DNA of 64,000 bases from Hemiscyllium ocellatum (taxonomy: Eukaryota), in contig NC_083424.1 in assembly GCF_020745735.1 (NCBI RefSeq), positions 49,648,999 through 49,712,998 on the forward strand, read 5' to 3'. Shown one piece after another: positions 50,986-64,000 of this stretch (positions within the stretch are counted from its first letter, which is position 1; every line of letters starts with the position of its first letter). The notes beneath the pieces are model-generated. The model was not told the DNA's origin. It worked only from the letters and a program-made list of their open reading frames with translations, and made no database searches. The position numbers were made by a program, and so were the translations under genes.

Positions 50986-52452
50986 TATGCCACCGTGCCG
51001 CCCCTCATGTTTTTATAAATTTCTATAAGGTAACCACTCAACCTCCTACATACCAATGAGAAACGTCCCAGCCTATCCAGCCTCTTCCTGGAACTTAAAC
51101 TCTCCATCCCTGACAAAATTCTGGTAAATCTCTTCTTAACCCTCTCCAGTTTAATGATAGCATACTTATAACAGGGCGATCAGAACTGTAGACAGTACGC
51201 CAGAAACGGCCTCACCAATGTACTGCAAACCTCAACATGATGTCTCAACTCCCATACTCAAAGTTCTGAAGATTGAAGGCAAACGTCCTAAACGCATTCT
51301 TAACCACCCTGTCTGAATGTGACGCACGCTTCAACCAATTATTCCCTAGCCCACCTATCCTACAACAATAGCCAAGGTCCTACTTTTACTTGTATAAGTC
51401 ATGTCTTTGTCTTACCGAAATACAATACCTCGCATTTATCCAAATTAAAAACCATCTGCCAAGTCCTGAGCTCATTAGCCCAATTCGTCAAGGTTTCTTT
51501 GTAATCATTGATAACCATTTTTGTTCACTATACTGTTAATCTTAATGTCATCCACAAACTTACTAATCATGCCTTTTATGTCCTGATTTAATTCATTCAT
51601 GTAAGTGACAAACAAAAGTGGATCCAGGACCGAACCCTCCAGAACACCGTTTGTAACAGGCCTCCAGTTCGAAAAACAACCCTGCACTCTCACTCTCTGC
51701 CTCCTACTGTAAAGGCAATTTTGCATTCAATTGGCAAGCTCACCCTGAATCCCACGTGATCTGATTTAATTAATTAGTCTACGCTGCAGAACCTTGTCGA
51801 CGGCTTTGAACATTTCAAGTAAATATGTTAACATTCGATGGAGCACTAGTTGGTAATCCGCAAAATCGCCGCCTCTCCCTGTCAGGTCTGGTAATTCAAG
51901 AATGCTTTCCATGCCCCCCACCCGGATGGGACTTCATTCTAAGACGTGGGAAAACCGTGGCAATCCGGTCGGGATGTGGGGTGGGGCGGTGGGGAGGGGG
52001 GAAATGGCTGTGGTTTCAGTATCTCTGCGTTGGGAAATCGCACCCAGATCTATGTGAATGCACTCAAGCAAAGAGCATGCTGTTGGTTAAAGCTCTGCTT
52101 TTTGTTTTACGCTCAGACCATAATAGAAACCCTGTGGGACTATCTGCAGTAAACCTTCAGGTGAAATCACTGGTCCGATTAGAGGTGAAGTGATCTGAAA
52201 CCAGGTTGGTGTAGCCGGATTTGGACAAATGAGCCGCTCAATTCCTCAATGAAATTCAATAGCCACGAATCCCATTTCAGCCCTCCATAAGCCCCAACCA
52301 ATCGGAATCTTTTTGTTATTTCGTTTCCCTTTCCAAAAGATCTGAACGCAATTGGACAGCACTGAGTTTTGAGAATAGGGTAGGGGCGACTCGGGTACTG
52401 TGTTGCTGGAAAAGCACAGCAGGTCAGGCAGCATCCGAGGAGCAGAAATATC

Positions 52453-52479
52453 GACGTTTCGGGCGGAGCCCTTCATCAG
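52453..52479 (-). ncRNA. Minimal hammerhead ribozyme motif
   Basis: Reverse complement reads CTGATGA-A-GGGC-tcc-GCCC-GAAA-CGTC. Confidence 0.75.
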
Positions 52480-54027
52480 GAATGAGGCTGAGAGCCCTGG
52501 CTGTGGAGAGGTAAATTAGATGGGGTGTGGCTGGGGGAAGGTAGCTGGGAGGTGGACGGAGGTGGGGTGATGGGTGATAGCCGGGCAGGTCATGAGGGCT
52601 GTGCTGAGATGGAAGGTTGGAACTGGGGTAAGGTGGAGTGAGGGGAAATGAGGAAATTGGTGAAGTCCACATTGATGCCCTGGAGTTGAAGGGTCCCGAG
52701 GCCGAATGTAAGCCATTCTTCCTCCAGGCTTGGGTGATGAGAGAGTGGCGATGAAGGAGGCGCAGGACCTGCGTGTCCTTGGCACCGTGGGAGGGGGAGT
52801 TGAAATGTTCGGCCACAGGGTGGTGTGATTGATTGATGCAGGAGTCCCGGCGATGTTTCCTAAAGCGTTCTGCGCGAAGGTGTCCAGTCACCCAGTGTAG
52901 AGGAGACTGCATCGAGAGCAACGGATACAATTAATGACATGTCTGGAAGTGCAGCTGAAATTGTCCCATCTGTTAATCTTCCTTCCCACGTGTTCGCTCC
53001 ACCCCCACCTCCGTCCGCCAATTGCACACCCAACTACCTTCTCCACAGCCCCAACCCTCTTCCATTTATCTCTCCATTCCTGAGGCTCCCCGCCTCATTC
53101 CTGATGGCGGGCTCCGGCCCAAAGCGTCGATTTTCATGCTCTTTGCATGCTTCCTCACCCTCTGTGCTTTTCCAGTAACACACTCAAACTCTGATCTCCA
53201 GCATCTGCAGACCCCAATGTCTCCCTGCTAGTCTGGATGACCATTTACCGAAATGTTTTTTTTTTAGACACCTGGATTCACTTCCGAGCTTCGAACGAAA
53301 AGACAGCAAAAACAACAAACTTCATCCTGTCACCCTCAAAAGACCATCAGACAACCATGCTGTCCAGGCCGAGTGCTTGGTCTGCTCAGTGGAAAGCTAC
53401 AGCTCAGTCAAAGAGCATTCAACAGATATTCTGCGCCATTGAACCTCCAGAGTAAAAAAGAACGAAGATTAAAATCTTGATGACTGCACATCTTGATCTT
53501 TACTGCTTTTCATAGGATCACTCCTGCTATTAAATCAAAAACAAACTGAATGATTCCCTCTGCTGGGTGAACTTTACAGATAACAATTAATAACAAGGCT
53601 AGCATTTTGTTTAAGACGGATCAATTTTAATAAATGAGGCGCCATCCACAGGAACGTTTAAACTGTCAAATTTTAAGTATGGAGTCATAGAATCATACAG
53701 TACAGAAGATACCAACTGAGCCATCGACTCTCTGCACCTCATTTGGATTGTGAAGAAAACAAAATTCATATACAAACCCTGTCAAAATGCCATAGTCATT
53801 CAGTGGCTCTGATGGGGCACATTGGTTCAACTATTTAAAATAAGAAAAAGATTCACATTGCGTGAATAAATTACGTATAGATTAAGTGGCAGATCACATG
53901 AATTACTAGGAATGTGCTTTCCTGGGACATGTAAAAACAATGACTGCAGATTCTGGAAACCAGATTATGGATTAGTGGTGCTGGAAGAGCACAGCAGTTC
54001 AGGCAGCATCCGAGGAGCAGTAAAATC

Positions 54028-54055
54028 GACGTTTCGGGCAAAAGCCCTTCATCAG
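54028..54055 (-). ncRNA. Minimal hammerhead ribozyme motif
   Basis: Reverse complement reads CTGATGA-A-GGGC-tttt-GCCC-GAAA-CGTC. Confidence 0.78.
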
Positions 54056-56898
54056 GAATACAGGCAGAGAGCCTGAAGGGTGGAGAGATAAGTGAGAGGA
54101 GGGGAGGGTGGGGAGAAAGTAGCACAGAGTACAATAGGTGAGTGGAGGAGAAGATGAAGGTGATAGGTCGGGGAGGTAGGGTGGACTGGATAGGTGGAAA
54201 AGAAGATAGGCAGGTCATAGTCATAGAGTCATAGAGATGTACAGCATGGAAACTGACTCTTCGGTCCAACCCGTCCATGCCGACCAGATATCCCAACCCA
54301 ATCTAGTCCCACCTGCCAGTTCCCGGCCCATATCCCTCCAAACCCTTCCTATTCATATACCCATCCAAATGCCACCTAAATGTTGCAATTGTACCAGCCT
54401 CCACCACATCCTCTGGCAGCTCATTCCATACACATACCACCCTCTGCGTGAAAAGGTTGCCCTTTGGGCTCTTTTATATCTTTCCCCTCTCACCCTAAAC
54501 CGATGCCCTCTAGTTCTGGACTCCCCTATTTGCCTATTTATCCTATCCATTCCCCTCATAATTTTGTAAACCTCTATAAGGTCACCTCTCAGCCTCCGAC
54601 ACTCCAGGAAAAACAGCCCCTGTCTGTTCAGCCTCTCCCTGTAGCTCAGATGCTCCAACCCTGGCAACATCCTTTTAAATCATTTCTGAACCCTTTCAAG
54701 TTTCACAAGTCAGCACAAGTCATGGGGACAGTGCTGAGCTGGAAGTTTGGAACTGGGGTGAGGTGGAGGTGGGGGACATGAGTAGCTTCAGTGCAGAGGA
54801 AATGACCTGGGAGTTGCCGTGGGAGAGGGACTCCCTGAGATTCTTGTAGAGAGAGGAGGAAAGCTTCTTCAAGGCAGCCATCCTTGCAAGAGGATTCGCA
54901 GTAGGGTTAAAATTAACCAGGTAAAAACAATGACTGCAGATGCTGGAACAGTTAAAATTTCCAAGTAAATGACAAACTTTGTTTCGGTCGTGCGTCAGGA
55001 AAGAGTGAGGGTAGTTAAATGCAAATTTATGTGCTCAAGTTGATACTTGCTTGATGGTGAAATACATTTAACAAAGTTAAAATTCCACAATACCAGGTTA
55101 CAGTCCAACAGGTTTATTTGGAAGCACTAGCTTTCGGAGTGCGGCTCCTTTATCAGGTGATTGAAGGAGCAACACTCCAAAAGCTGGTGCTTCCAAATAA
55201 ACCTGTTGGACGATAACCTGACGTTGTGTGATTTTTAGCTTTGTACACCTCAGTTCAACACCAGCAACTTAAAATCATGACTACATTTAACAATGATGTT
55301 TTATCATTTCAAGGATGTAGGCATGTAAGGACCCACATAATTTTTTTTCCCTGTTTGCTCTATATAACGGAATTGAAGTCAGTCTCCTTTGCAACTGAAT
55401 AACCTGAAGTATCAAGTGTTTTTATTTTGGCAGTACCATGTTGTTCTTGAAGCAGCGAGATTCTTATCTGACTGAGACCCTGCAACACCAGAGGTTTTGA
55501 TTATAAAGTATAACTACCTGATCACATTGCTTGGATTGGTCAAGCTGCAGGTTGCTCCAGATTGGTTGGACCAGCGCAGCATGAACTATCCAGAGTGAAG
55601 AAGCAGAAAACAGAGTGGACAATAAAAGAAAGTCAACGAAACAATTCTAACATTAAGAAAAATCTACATGAAACTGATCAAATTGAACACAACTTCCGTA
55701 CAGACAACCGTTTAGCATCATTGCAACAATCAAAAGATCTATGACAGAGAACCTAGCACACTCTTGTTAAGTGAAGTTTTGATGTTCAGAATTTTGTTTT
55801 CCCTGACTATGTATTTTCACACATAACGTTTGCCATGGTCAAGCCATGGTCTTTTGTCCGCCTTATTTGTGAATATGCCTGTACGTGAGCCTGAGTTTAG
55901 GGATTTAAATTGATATAATTACATTATTTTTGTCCTATCATCGATTAAACAATGTTTCTGCTGTGCAAGTAAGATGTGAAATGTTTCGTCATGAATAATA
56001 CTCAGTAAGCAAATTGCTTGATTTAATGGATTGAATGGTTGAAATTAGGATTAATCCTAACCCAATCCTTTCTCTCAGGTTTTGAAATAGTGAAGCTCGA
56101 TTATCGGCATTTGATTAATTTTAGTCCCAACTGGATCATGGCAAGCAGAACTGTGTACAATATTCTAAGCACTGCTTTACCGATGATTTTTAAAATGGCA
56201 AGAGTATCCCATTATTTCTTGCCCAATATTTTTCCACTAATTTATAGTAAATTCGCGTTTGCGTTCACGGACAATAAGTGATATTGATATCGAATCCAGT
56301 TATTGTCGAATAGATGGCCGTTCATTCTCTGCACAACGTTTATTCGTTAGTAATTAATAGTCCGTTTTTCGAATGTTTATCCGATTTTAAATTTACCAAT
56401 GTACATTTCATCTGCACTCAAATCATGCATTGGATTGCTCTGTTTGGCTTTGGAATTTGTCATTTGGCGTTTAGATGCAATGTTATAACTATTTTGCACG
56501 GTCAAGCTCCGGAAGTCTTAAAGCACTGAAATCAAAACAGATTTGACTCATTTTGACAGAAATGAAAGACGCTGAAATGAATGCTGCCTTTGATGTTCGA
56601 TCAATTGTTTTATTGAACTGTTAAGGTGGGATAGATTCATAATGCTTCAATACTTAAGACACAATCACATTGTTCCTGTCTTTTATTCAGATGTATGCAT
56701 GTAAGCTAATAATCATTGGCATTTCAGTTAACACGGCACGTTTGTAAAAACCAGTTACTTTTACATCCGGAAGTTTCCCCCGCGATGAGCATTTTTTCAA
56801 TTAACCGGAATACAAATAATTTCTACCGTATTGTTACATGGGAGGTCTGAACAGGAATAAACAAGCTTTCTCAATTGAGACAAGTACAGTTTCCGAAA

Positions 56899-57221
56899 TC
56901 ACATACAGCTCGATCTCGAGATACTTGTCTGAAACGGAGTTGCCTGAGTCTCATGTTTAACCCCACAGGAGTAACGCTCGTGTGAGTTCCACTCCGAGGC
57001 TGACAGGGTCAGATAGCTGCTCACACTGAACGTGTTGTCCGTCTCCTGCTGGATCCGACTGGTCTCCACACCGTTCCCCTTGACACTGCCATCTACCGTC
57101 CACTCAATCTCCACAGCGCCCGGGTTAAACCCGCTCACCAAACACACCAGGGTCGCCGTGTTCTTTTCCGTGATTTGAACCGATGAAGGCGGAAGGAGGG
57201 ATACCGATGGTTCCCGCGGAC
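56899..57221 (-). CDS. IGLC: Ig light-chain constant exon (cluster 4)
   Basis: taacag|GT acceptor; intact 323 nt. Confidence 0.96.
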
Positions 57222-60200
57222 CTGTTAAAAATAAATTAGGTTCATGTGAGTTAAAGGACTGCATTTTTTAAACAGGAGATTTATTCTAAGATAATGCAAT
57301 TTAAATTATGTCAATCACGGAATGTAATGAATAGTTCACTTAATTTTGCATGCATTTAAATGTACTATTTAATCCAAGAAGGACTGAATAGGAGAGACCG
57401 CTTTGTTTGCGTCTAACGAAATCATGTTGATCTTTAATGGCAGGCTGGAGTGTGGCAATGGATCTGACTAAGTCGAGAGAGAAGCTACGTTTGTTTCATT
57501 TTGTAACTGTATCCCTTGAAAAACAGAAGGAACACCATAGTATAGCTGCTGATAACACTTCATACAGTTGCCATGGCTCTACAATGAGATACCAAGGTGC
57601 CCGCCACCTTTAGAAATACGATTGATAATTTGAAAAGTTAACATATGTTAAAGTTGTGTTGATTCGTTAACGTGAAGAAATTGTAATCAGTTTTATTACA
57701 AGTGGATCGATCAATTATTACTAACGTAAAATAGTTGATTAACAGTTCACTCTCATCTCGTCTTGATATTCACTGACATTTCCATCACATTATAACTCCA
57801 CTATCGATATTTGATGGTTATCATTGCCCGAAAACAAAACTATTCCAGCCATGTACTTAAGATGGCGCCAAGAGCAGGGCAATGGGAGAATAACGCAATT
57901 CCTGATTCCCCAAAACTGATCGGTCATTTAAATGCAGTTTCCAACACACTCTCCACACTCGACATTACCCCATACAAAGCAGTCCATTCGACTGGCACCC
58001 CATCCTCTCCATGAAACATGTGCAAGATGCACTGCAGCAACTCACCAAGGCTCTGACAAATATACCTTCCAAATTCTAAAACTCTACTAACTGGAACGAT
58101 ATGGAAAGCAGGTGTATGGGGATACCACCACCTGCAAGTTCTCCAAAGCATATCCCACCCTGTAATGGAACTATATTGCCGCTACTTCACTGGAGCTGTA
58201 TTTAACACCAGGCATGCCCTCCCTTTACATCAGCTCTACCCCCTCCACAGCGTACACGTGCTGTGAAAGAATGGGGCGCATAAGAAGTCATAACAGACTT
58301 ATCATCAGAAAAGTGTAAACAGGCTGCGCTGTTTAAACATTAGCGATTGTTTTACTCTGTCACTAAATCTAAAATCTCACCAATGCGCGCCCGTGCTGCT
58401 TGAATGGGAGATTTATGCAGCTGCATCTCATCGAGCAAGGATTACCTCGCAGAGATACTGTGAGAAGCCATGTCTATTATTTCAGTCAATTAAATATTCC
58501 CAATTACATTAATGCTGCATAGATTTTGTTTCGGATTCGGCCTTTTCTGATCACTGACATCGAAATCACCAGCCGCTGAGATCAGAAACAATCGGGGAAA
58601 GAACAGGAAATCTCTGTCGGTAGTGCACATTCTCATTGGAAATCACACAACACCACGTGTGATTGGGAGCACACTAGCTTTCAGAGCGACGCTCCGTCAT
58701 CAGGTGATTGTCGCTCCGAAAGCTAGTGTTCTTCCAATTAAACCTATTGGACTATAACCTGGTGTTGTGTGATTTTTAACTGTGTACATCCCAGTCCAAA
58801 ACCGGCATCTCCAAATCATTCTCATTGGACTATTTAACGATATCAAGAATCCAAGGACAATATAACGAGATGGTCGTGCATCTGACTTCATGCTCATTTT
58901 CAGTTTAACAAGACACTACTAATTCAGAGTTTCACCAGGTTTTGTTGATTGCAATTAAGGCCAGCGAATGCGCCGCTAATTTCATTGCAATTCGCATCCG
59001 CATCTTCAGGGAAGCAGTCGTGCCTTATTTGTTGGTCGCTTTGAGAATTGAGTTTTCCATTTGGTCCGCCAATTAGACAACACGTAACAAACGGCGGAAA
59101 TGTGGCGCTGGAAAAGCAAAGCCGCTCAGGCAGCATCCGAGGAGAAGGAGAATCGACATTTGGGGCATAAGCCCTTCATCAGGAATGATGAGGGGCTTAC
59201 ACCCGAAAAGTCGATTCTCCAGCTGGCCTCATTCCTGGTGAAGGTCTTTTGCAGAACCACACTCTCGACTCCTATCTACGGCATTGCAGTTCACGCTTTC
59301 GAACTAAACTTCCGTTATAAATCGAAGTCGCTAGATTCAATGCAACAGTGGTCGCCATTAAAAATCTTAAGGGAACCGAGAACGCATAAAGCTGAAAGCT
59401 AATGTTACCTCTTCTCAACCGCTATCTCTACAGATACTGCCAGATCTGCTGACGTTCTCCAGCAATTTCTGTTTTTGTTTCAGATTTCCAGATTCAGCAG
59501 CTCATTGTTTTACTTGAAGCTAAAGTTACGATCCATTTTCGACTTCCCATTGCCCTTTGTGTTTTAAGAGGGAATTTATATGGGGTTACCTTTCTCGCTT
59601 CGTCGATCAATTCAAGCAGCTGGCGTTGGACACCATCATCTACTTATGGAAATCATTACTATATAGTTTAGTATTAAAGGGTCTGGATACGAAATAATTT
59701 AAGGCAACCACGCCACAGCCCGAGGGTCCATTTCTTGTGTACGCCGACGAGAATCGCGGAACAGAAAAAAAGTGCCCTAAATATTTCACTAAAAATAGCA
59801 AAGGATCCTGGAGATCTGAAACAAAAACAGAAATTCCTGGAGAAACGTAGCAGGTCTGGCATCATCTTTAGAGAGAGAGCAAAGTTAACGTTTGTCGTCC
59901 AGTTCTAATGAAGGAACTGGAAGCGTCAACTCTGCTTTCTCCCCTCACACGCTACTAGACCTGCTGGGAGTTTCTCCAGCAATTTCTGCTTTTTTGTTTC
60001 TTAAACATTTTCCCGTCCACTGGCACAGAGACGATGGCGCCAATTGTTCTTCTGGCCGCTATAAAGTCACTCAGCACAGAACAAACAGCAGAAAGCCTTA
60101 TATACCTGCAAGATTCAGTTCTTAACCAGTCAATGTGCAGCTCCAGATAATTTGGAAAGAATTTATATTCCCTTGTGAACAGAATGTTACAACTGTAGCA

Positions 60201-60282
60201 GATTAAAATGTAGACATTCATAGTATTTTGCTCTTAAACGAAATCAAGTTTTGAAGTCTACAGGAAGAGGGGTTTTACTCAC

Positions 60283-60630
60283 TGCCCACACTCAGCTTGG
60301 TGCCTGTGCCGAAGTAGCCGATGCTGCTTTTCCATATGGCACAGTAATAGTCCGCGGCGTCTCCCGATTCAACTCTGCTGATACTTAACGTTCCTGTGTT
60401 GCCGGAGACGGAGCCCGAAAACCGATTTGGAACACCTGAGGCTCTGTTCGTGCTGCTGCCAGCGTAGTGATAAAGCAGATACCGATGAGCACTTCCAGAT
60501 TTCTGCTGATACCAACTAATGGTGGAGCTTCCTAACGAGGCACCCGACAAGGTGCATGTAATCTGGACGGTCCCTCCGAGGGAAGTCGATTTTGAAGGCG
60601 GTTGGTTTACTGTAATCTCTGCGCTCGAAA
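60283..60630 (-). CDS. IGLV-J: Germline-joined V-J exon (cluster 4)
   Basis: CDR1 region SLGSSTIS, CDR3 AIWKSSIGY; canonical splice sites; 348 nt. Confidence 0.96.
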
Positions 60631-60770
60631 CTGGAGGAAAAAGTATCAAAAATCTTACTGCTGTGTACTTTGATCAATGACTGAAACTATTGAATATATA
60701 CACATTTGAATGAGCACCCCAATCTTCGCAAAATTGATTTCACAATGAATTTAAATGTGTGAACACCCAC

Positions 60771-60819
60771 CTGCAACGCAGAAACAGAAAACAACAGTAA
60801 CACGTGCCCAGTCAAACAT
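60771..60819 (-). CDS. Leader exon, cluster 4
   Basis: MFDWARVTVVFCFCVA + G|gtgggt. Confidence 0.9.
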
Positions 60820-60895
60820 GGTGAAAGGTTTAACCAGGCTGAGATGCATCGAGAGCCGTTTAACCAGATGTATTCAGTACGTGAAATGTTCACTC

Positions 60896-60947
60896 TTTTA
60901 ATAAGATCGGACACCAAGAAGGTGTTGCCCTTTGCTGTTATGCAAAT
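60896..60947 (-). promoter_or_regulatory. IgL promoter, cluster 4: octamer 60940-60947, TATTAAAA 60896-60903
   Basis: Perfect octamer; variant TATA. Confidence 0.85.
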
Positions 60948-63900
60948 TAATATTTTCATTTCACCCAATCAGTCTCTGAAACCCAAAGACAATCTCAGAA
61001 TCCCTTCAACATGCATCAAATACAAGAAAGGTTATAGAAAAGCAAGATGCAGCGGCAGCGGAAATTCCAAGATTAAACAGAAAATGCCTGTTTAATGCAG
61101 GAAATATCGTGGAGCGAGCAAATGGTTCCACATTTCATTTCGTCACCATTGTATAGAAGCTGAAATCAACTTGCTAACAGCCTTACCACTCTCCCAACGT
61201 GTGCTCTGTGCATTCTGCATTGCTAAATTGGACTTGAATCTTCGAAACAAGCAACAATAAAAGATGTCAGAAACAGACTTAACGTTTCTAGTCCAGAGAT
61301 TTCTTCAGTTCCGAAGAATGTAAAACGATATCTCTGTTATTTTTCTCCACAGGTGTTGTCAGACCTGCTGTGCTTCTCCAGTGCTATCTGATTTTTTTAT
61401 GATTTCCAGCATCCGCAGCATTCTGTGTTTATATAAAAGATACCATTTAGCTCCTGAAGTGTGCACCACCTCTTTGACACATCTACCCAACACCCAAATG
61501 TCGCAGTGTTCAGGGAAAAGTGATGGGGTCCAGTCCGCTCAGTGTTGGCTCCGGCTCCATAAACGGGACAATTAGTCACTGGGAAGGACAGTTATACTCA
61601 AACACAAATACTTCCTGAACTAGTATCTCCAGAATTTTCCGTTAATTCTCTGAATTTCAACATCCTCTGCATTTTGATTTTGTAATACTTGCGTTTTCTA
61701 ACACCTTCTTTGCAGTTACTGTTCGTTGAAGAAACTTTGTAATTGTGTTTAGGTTTCACAGACTGATTGGTTGAGTTGAAAACATCCATTAATGTTAATG
61801 TTAGCACTGAGATCTATAAATATTGTTAAGGGAATGTATTAAAGGATAAGGCCAAAGTCAGGAATATGGCGCAGGCCCACATATCAAGCATATCACATTA
61901 AATTGCGGAACAGGTTCGACAGCCTGAACGGTCTCTTTCTGTCACTATGTTCCATAGTTTCTCCATTGGTCAGTCATGACACCAAGACAGGCTGTGAAAA
62001 GAAATCAGACGAATAGGTGACAGATGGGGTTGAAGAACTGGCGCCAAATTCCGATAAAGTTGAATAATCCAAATGCGGGCGTTTTGTGCAACTCACGTGA
62101 TTTCCACGGCAGGTTGAATTATTAATGAAATTCCAATAATGTCTCACACAGCAAGACGGTGAGAACGAACTTTTGGTGAGAACGATTGGCGAGTTAATAC
62201 GCGGTCAGTAACGCAGCAGATGGAGGATTCATGGTCCATGGATCCAAAAGGAGCCTGTGAATAAGTATGCAATTACATTGCATTTACTAACTCTGCTGTC
62301 GCTTCTTCATCAAAGCATGCGATGATTACTGTTGCCTCCCTCTTGCTGAGTTTAACATCTGTCATCGCAAATACTTGAACGTTTTTTAAGTTGGGGATAA
62401 AACTTTATTCAACTTCACTTTGCAAGTTTGACAAAAAACTGCGAAACTTTTCTTCAGTTACTGATGAAATAACGCACCAGGAAGAGGTTGCCTCTTTCTT
62501 TCCACAGGAAACTGCAAGGCCTGTTGAATGTTTGCAGCATGTTTTTATTCCGAAGGTTAAATTAGTTGAAACTAAGATTCAAGTACTTTGCAGTCTTATC
62601 TCTTCATGTTTATTCAAGGTATATTGTTGTAAATAGTTGTAAAAGTGTATAAAGCCGATTCCTTATGAAAGAAAATAATGTAACAAGTAAAATGTGCTTT
62701 TCCCCACAGTTTTCAGTAATTAAGTGAAATTTCAGGAAATTTCAGTTTTAAGTCATTTGCATTATTGGAAGGATTTTCATTTGATAGCATGACACAATTT
62801 CTTATATAAAACATTTTCTGAGATTTCAAATTGTGATTTATACGGGATGTTCATTCGCTCAACTACTACGTCAAAACTTGAGCATTGATTTATTTGCCTC
62901 CTATACTAGCGTCACTTAACCTTCGGTCAAGTGTTCACAGAAGGACGATCTTATACCTCTGTTGGTTCTTCCTTTATCATCAAGATTTGATGCGATAAAC
63001 CAGGTAAAGCTGTTGCAGCACACTACAACGACCTGAGCTCCGCGCTCAAGGGGATGCTTGAGGACATTCTCAAAATAGCTCAAACACCTCAAAAGGTTTT
63101 TCACTATCATAGCGAATCTTGCAACAGTCGGCTCGATGAATACATGGGCCTGGTACAGTATTAAATTCTTCTGTTTCGTTTTCTTGGTTCCAAAAAGTCC
63201 AGTAGTGCCTAAAGTTTCTCGTTAATTTTGCAGCCCTTCTCTCGGCGGCCCTCCCTAAATATGCTGTGCAAGCCTGGGGTGGACAAAGCTAAAAAAAAAC
63301 CACACAACGCCAGGCTATATCCAACAGGTTTATTTGGAAGCACTAGCTTTCGGAGTGTTGCTACCTGATGAATAAGCAGCGCTCGGAAAACTGGTGTTAC
63401 CAAATAAACCTGTTGGACTATAACCTGATGTTGCATGTTTTTTTTAACTTTGTCTTCCCTAAATATGAGTAGATTGTATATAAATTGTTTTGGCCTGATT
63501 CGGCACTGGGTCTTCAGTGATTTGTACAACGCATCAATGGCGTTATTCGATTGAAAATAATAACGTATCCACTTTTGCAGATAATACAAATCCAAACGTG
63601 AATGCAGAAAGCTTGGAGGCAGAGGGCACAAACAGGCTGAAAATACATAAAGAGGGTTTAACTGAATCCTAATAAGCTCAATGTGGACAAATATGAAGCA
63701 GCCACTTGTCAAAATAAATAACAAAGCAGAATATTTATAACCTATATGAAAATTCGAAATGTTAATGCCATAAAGTTTTCAGTGTACTAATATTGGGCAT
63801 ACAGAAGTAATCTACAAGGCGAAAGTGAGGTCTGGAGATGCTGGAGATCAGAGCTGAAAATGTGTTGCTGGAAAAGCGCAGCAGGTCAGGCAGCATCCAA

Positions 63901-64000
63901 GGAACAGGAGATTCGACGTTTCGGGCATGAGCCCTTCTTCAGGAATGGAGAAGGGCTTATGCCCGAAATGTCGAATGTCCTGTTCCTTGGATGCTGCCTG

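Larger units (their letters stand above)
49636..64000. repeat. Tandem Ig-cluster repeat unit 4 (type B, truncated by window end)
   Basis: Shares the empty PLE site and the hairpin insertion at ~63.8 kb with unit 2. Confidence 0.9.

Overview
Vertebrate DNA, very probably a cartilaginous fish (shark). This is inferred from the Ig gene type and the repeat families. The window is a tandem array of about 16-17.6 kb units, starting near 3, 16323, 33967 and 49636. Each unit carries one intact minus-strand immunoglobulin light-chain cluster: octamer/TATA promoter, leader exon, an already-joined V-J exon with no RSS, a ~3 kb intron and a lambda (type II)-like C exon. The units alternate as an A-B-A-B higher-order repeat, marked by unit-specific retroelement insertions (Penelope-like RT+GIY-YIG elements, a CR1 LINE, an HE1/V-SINE). 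Most notable: (1) germline CDR1/CDR3 differences between copies are clustered, mostly replacement and partly tandem substitutions, resembling shark somatic hypermutation; (2) several families of short hairpin elements have 9-14 bp TSDs and minimal hammerhead-ribozyme cores (CUGANGA-N-stem II-GAAA-palindrome). Two covarying helix III palindromes occur (ACGU, AGCU), and some cores lie in sense orientation inside or downstream of the Ig transcription units. No computation or database search was run; family assignments come from motif recognition.
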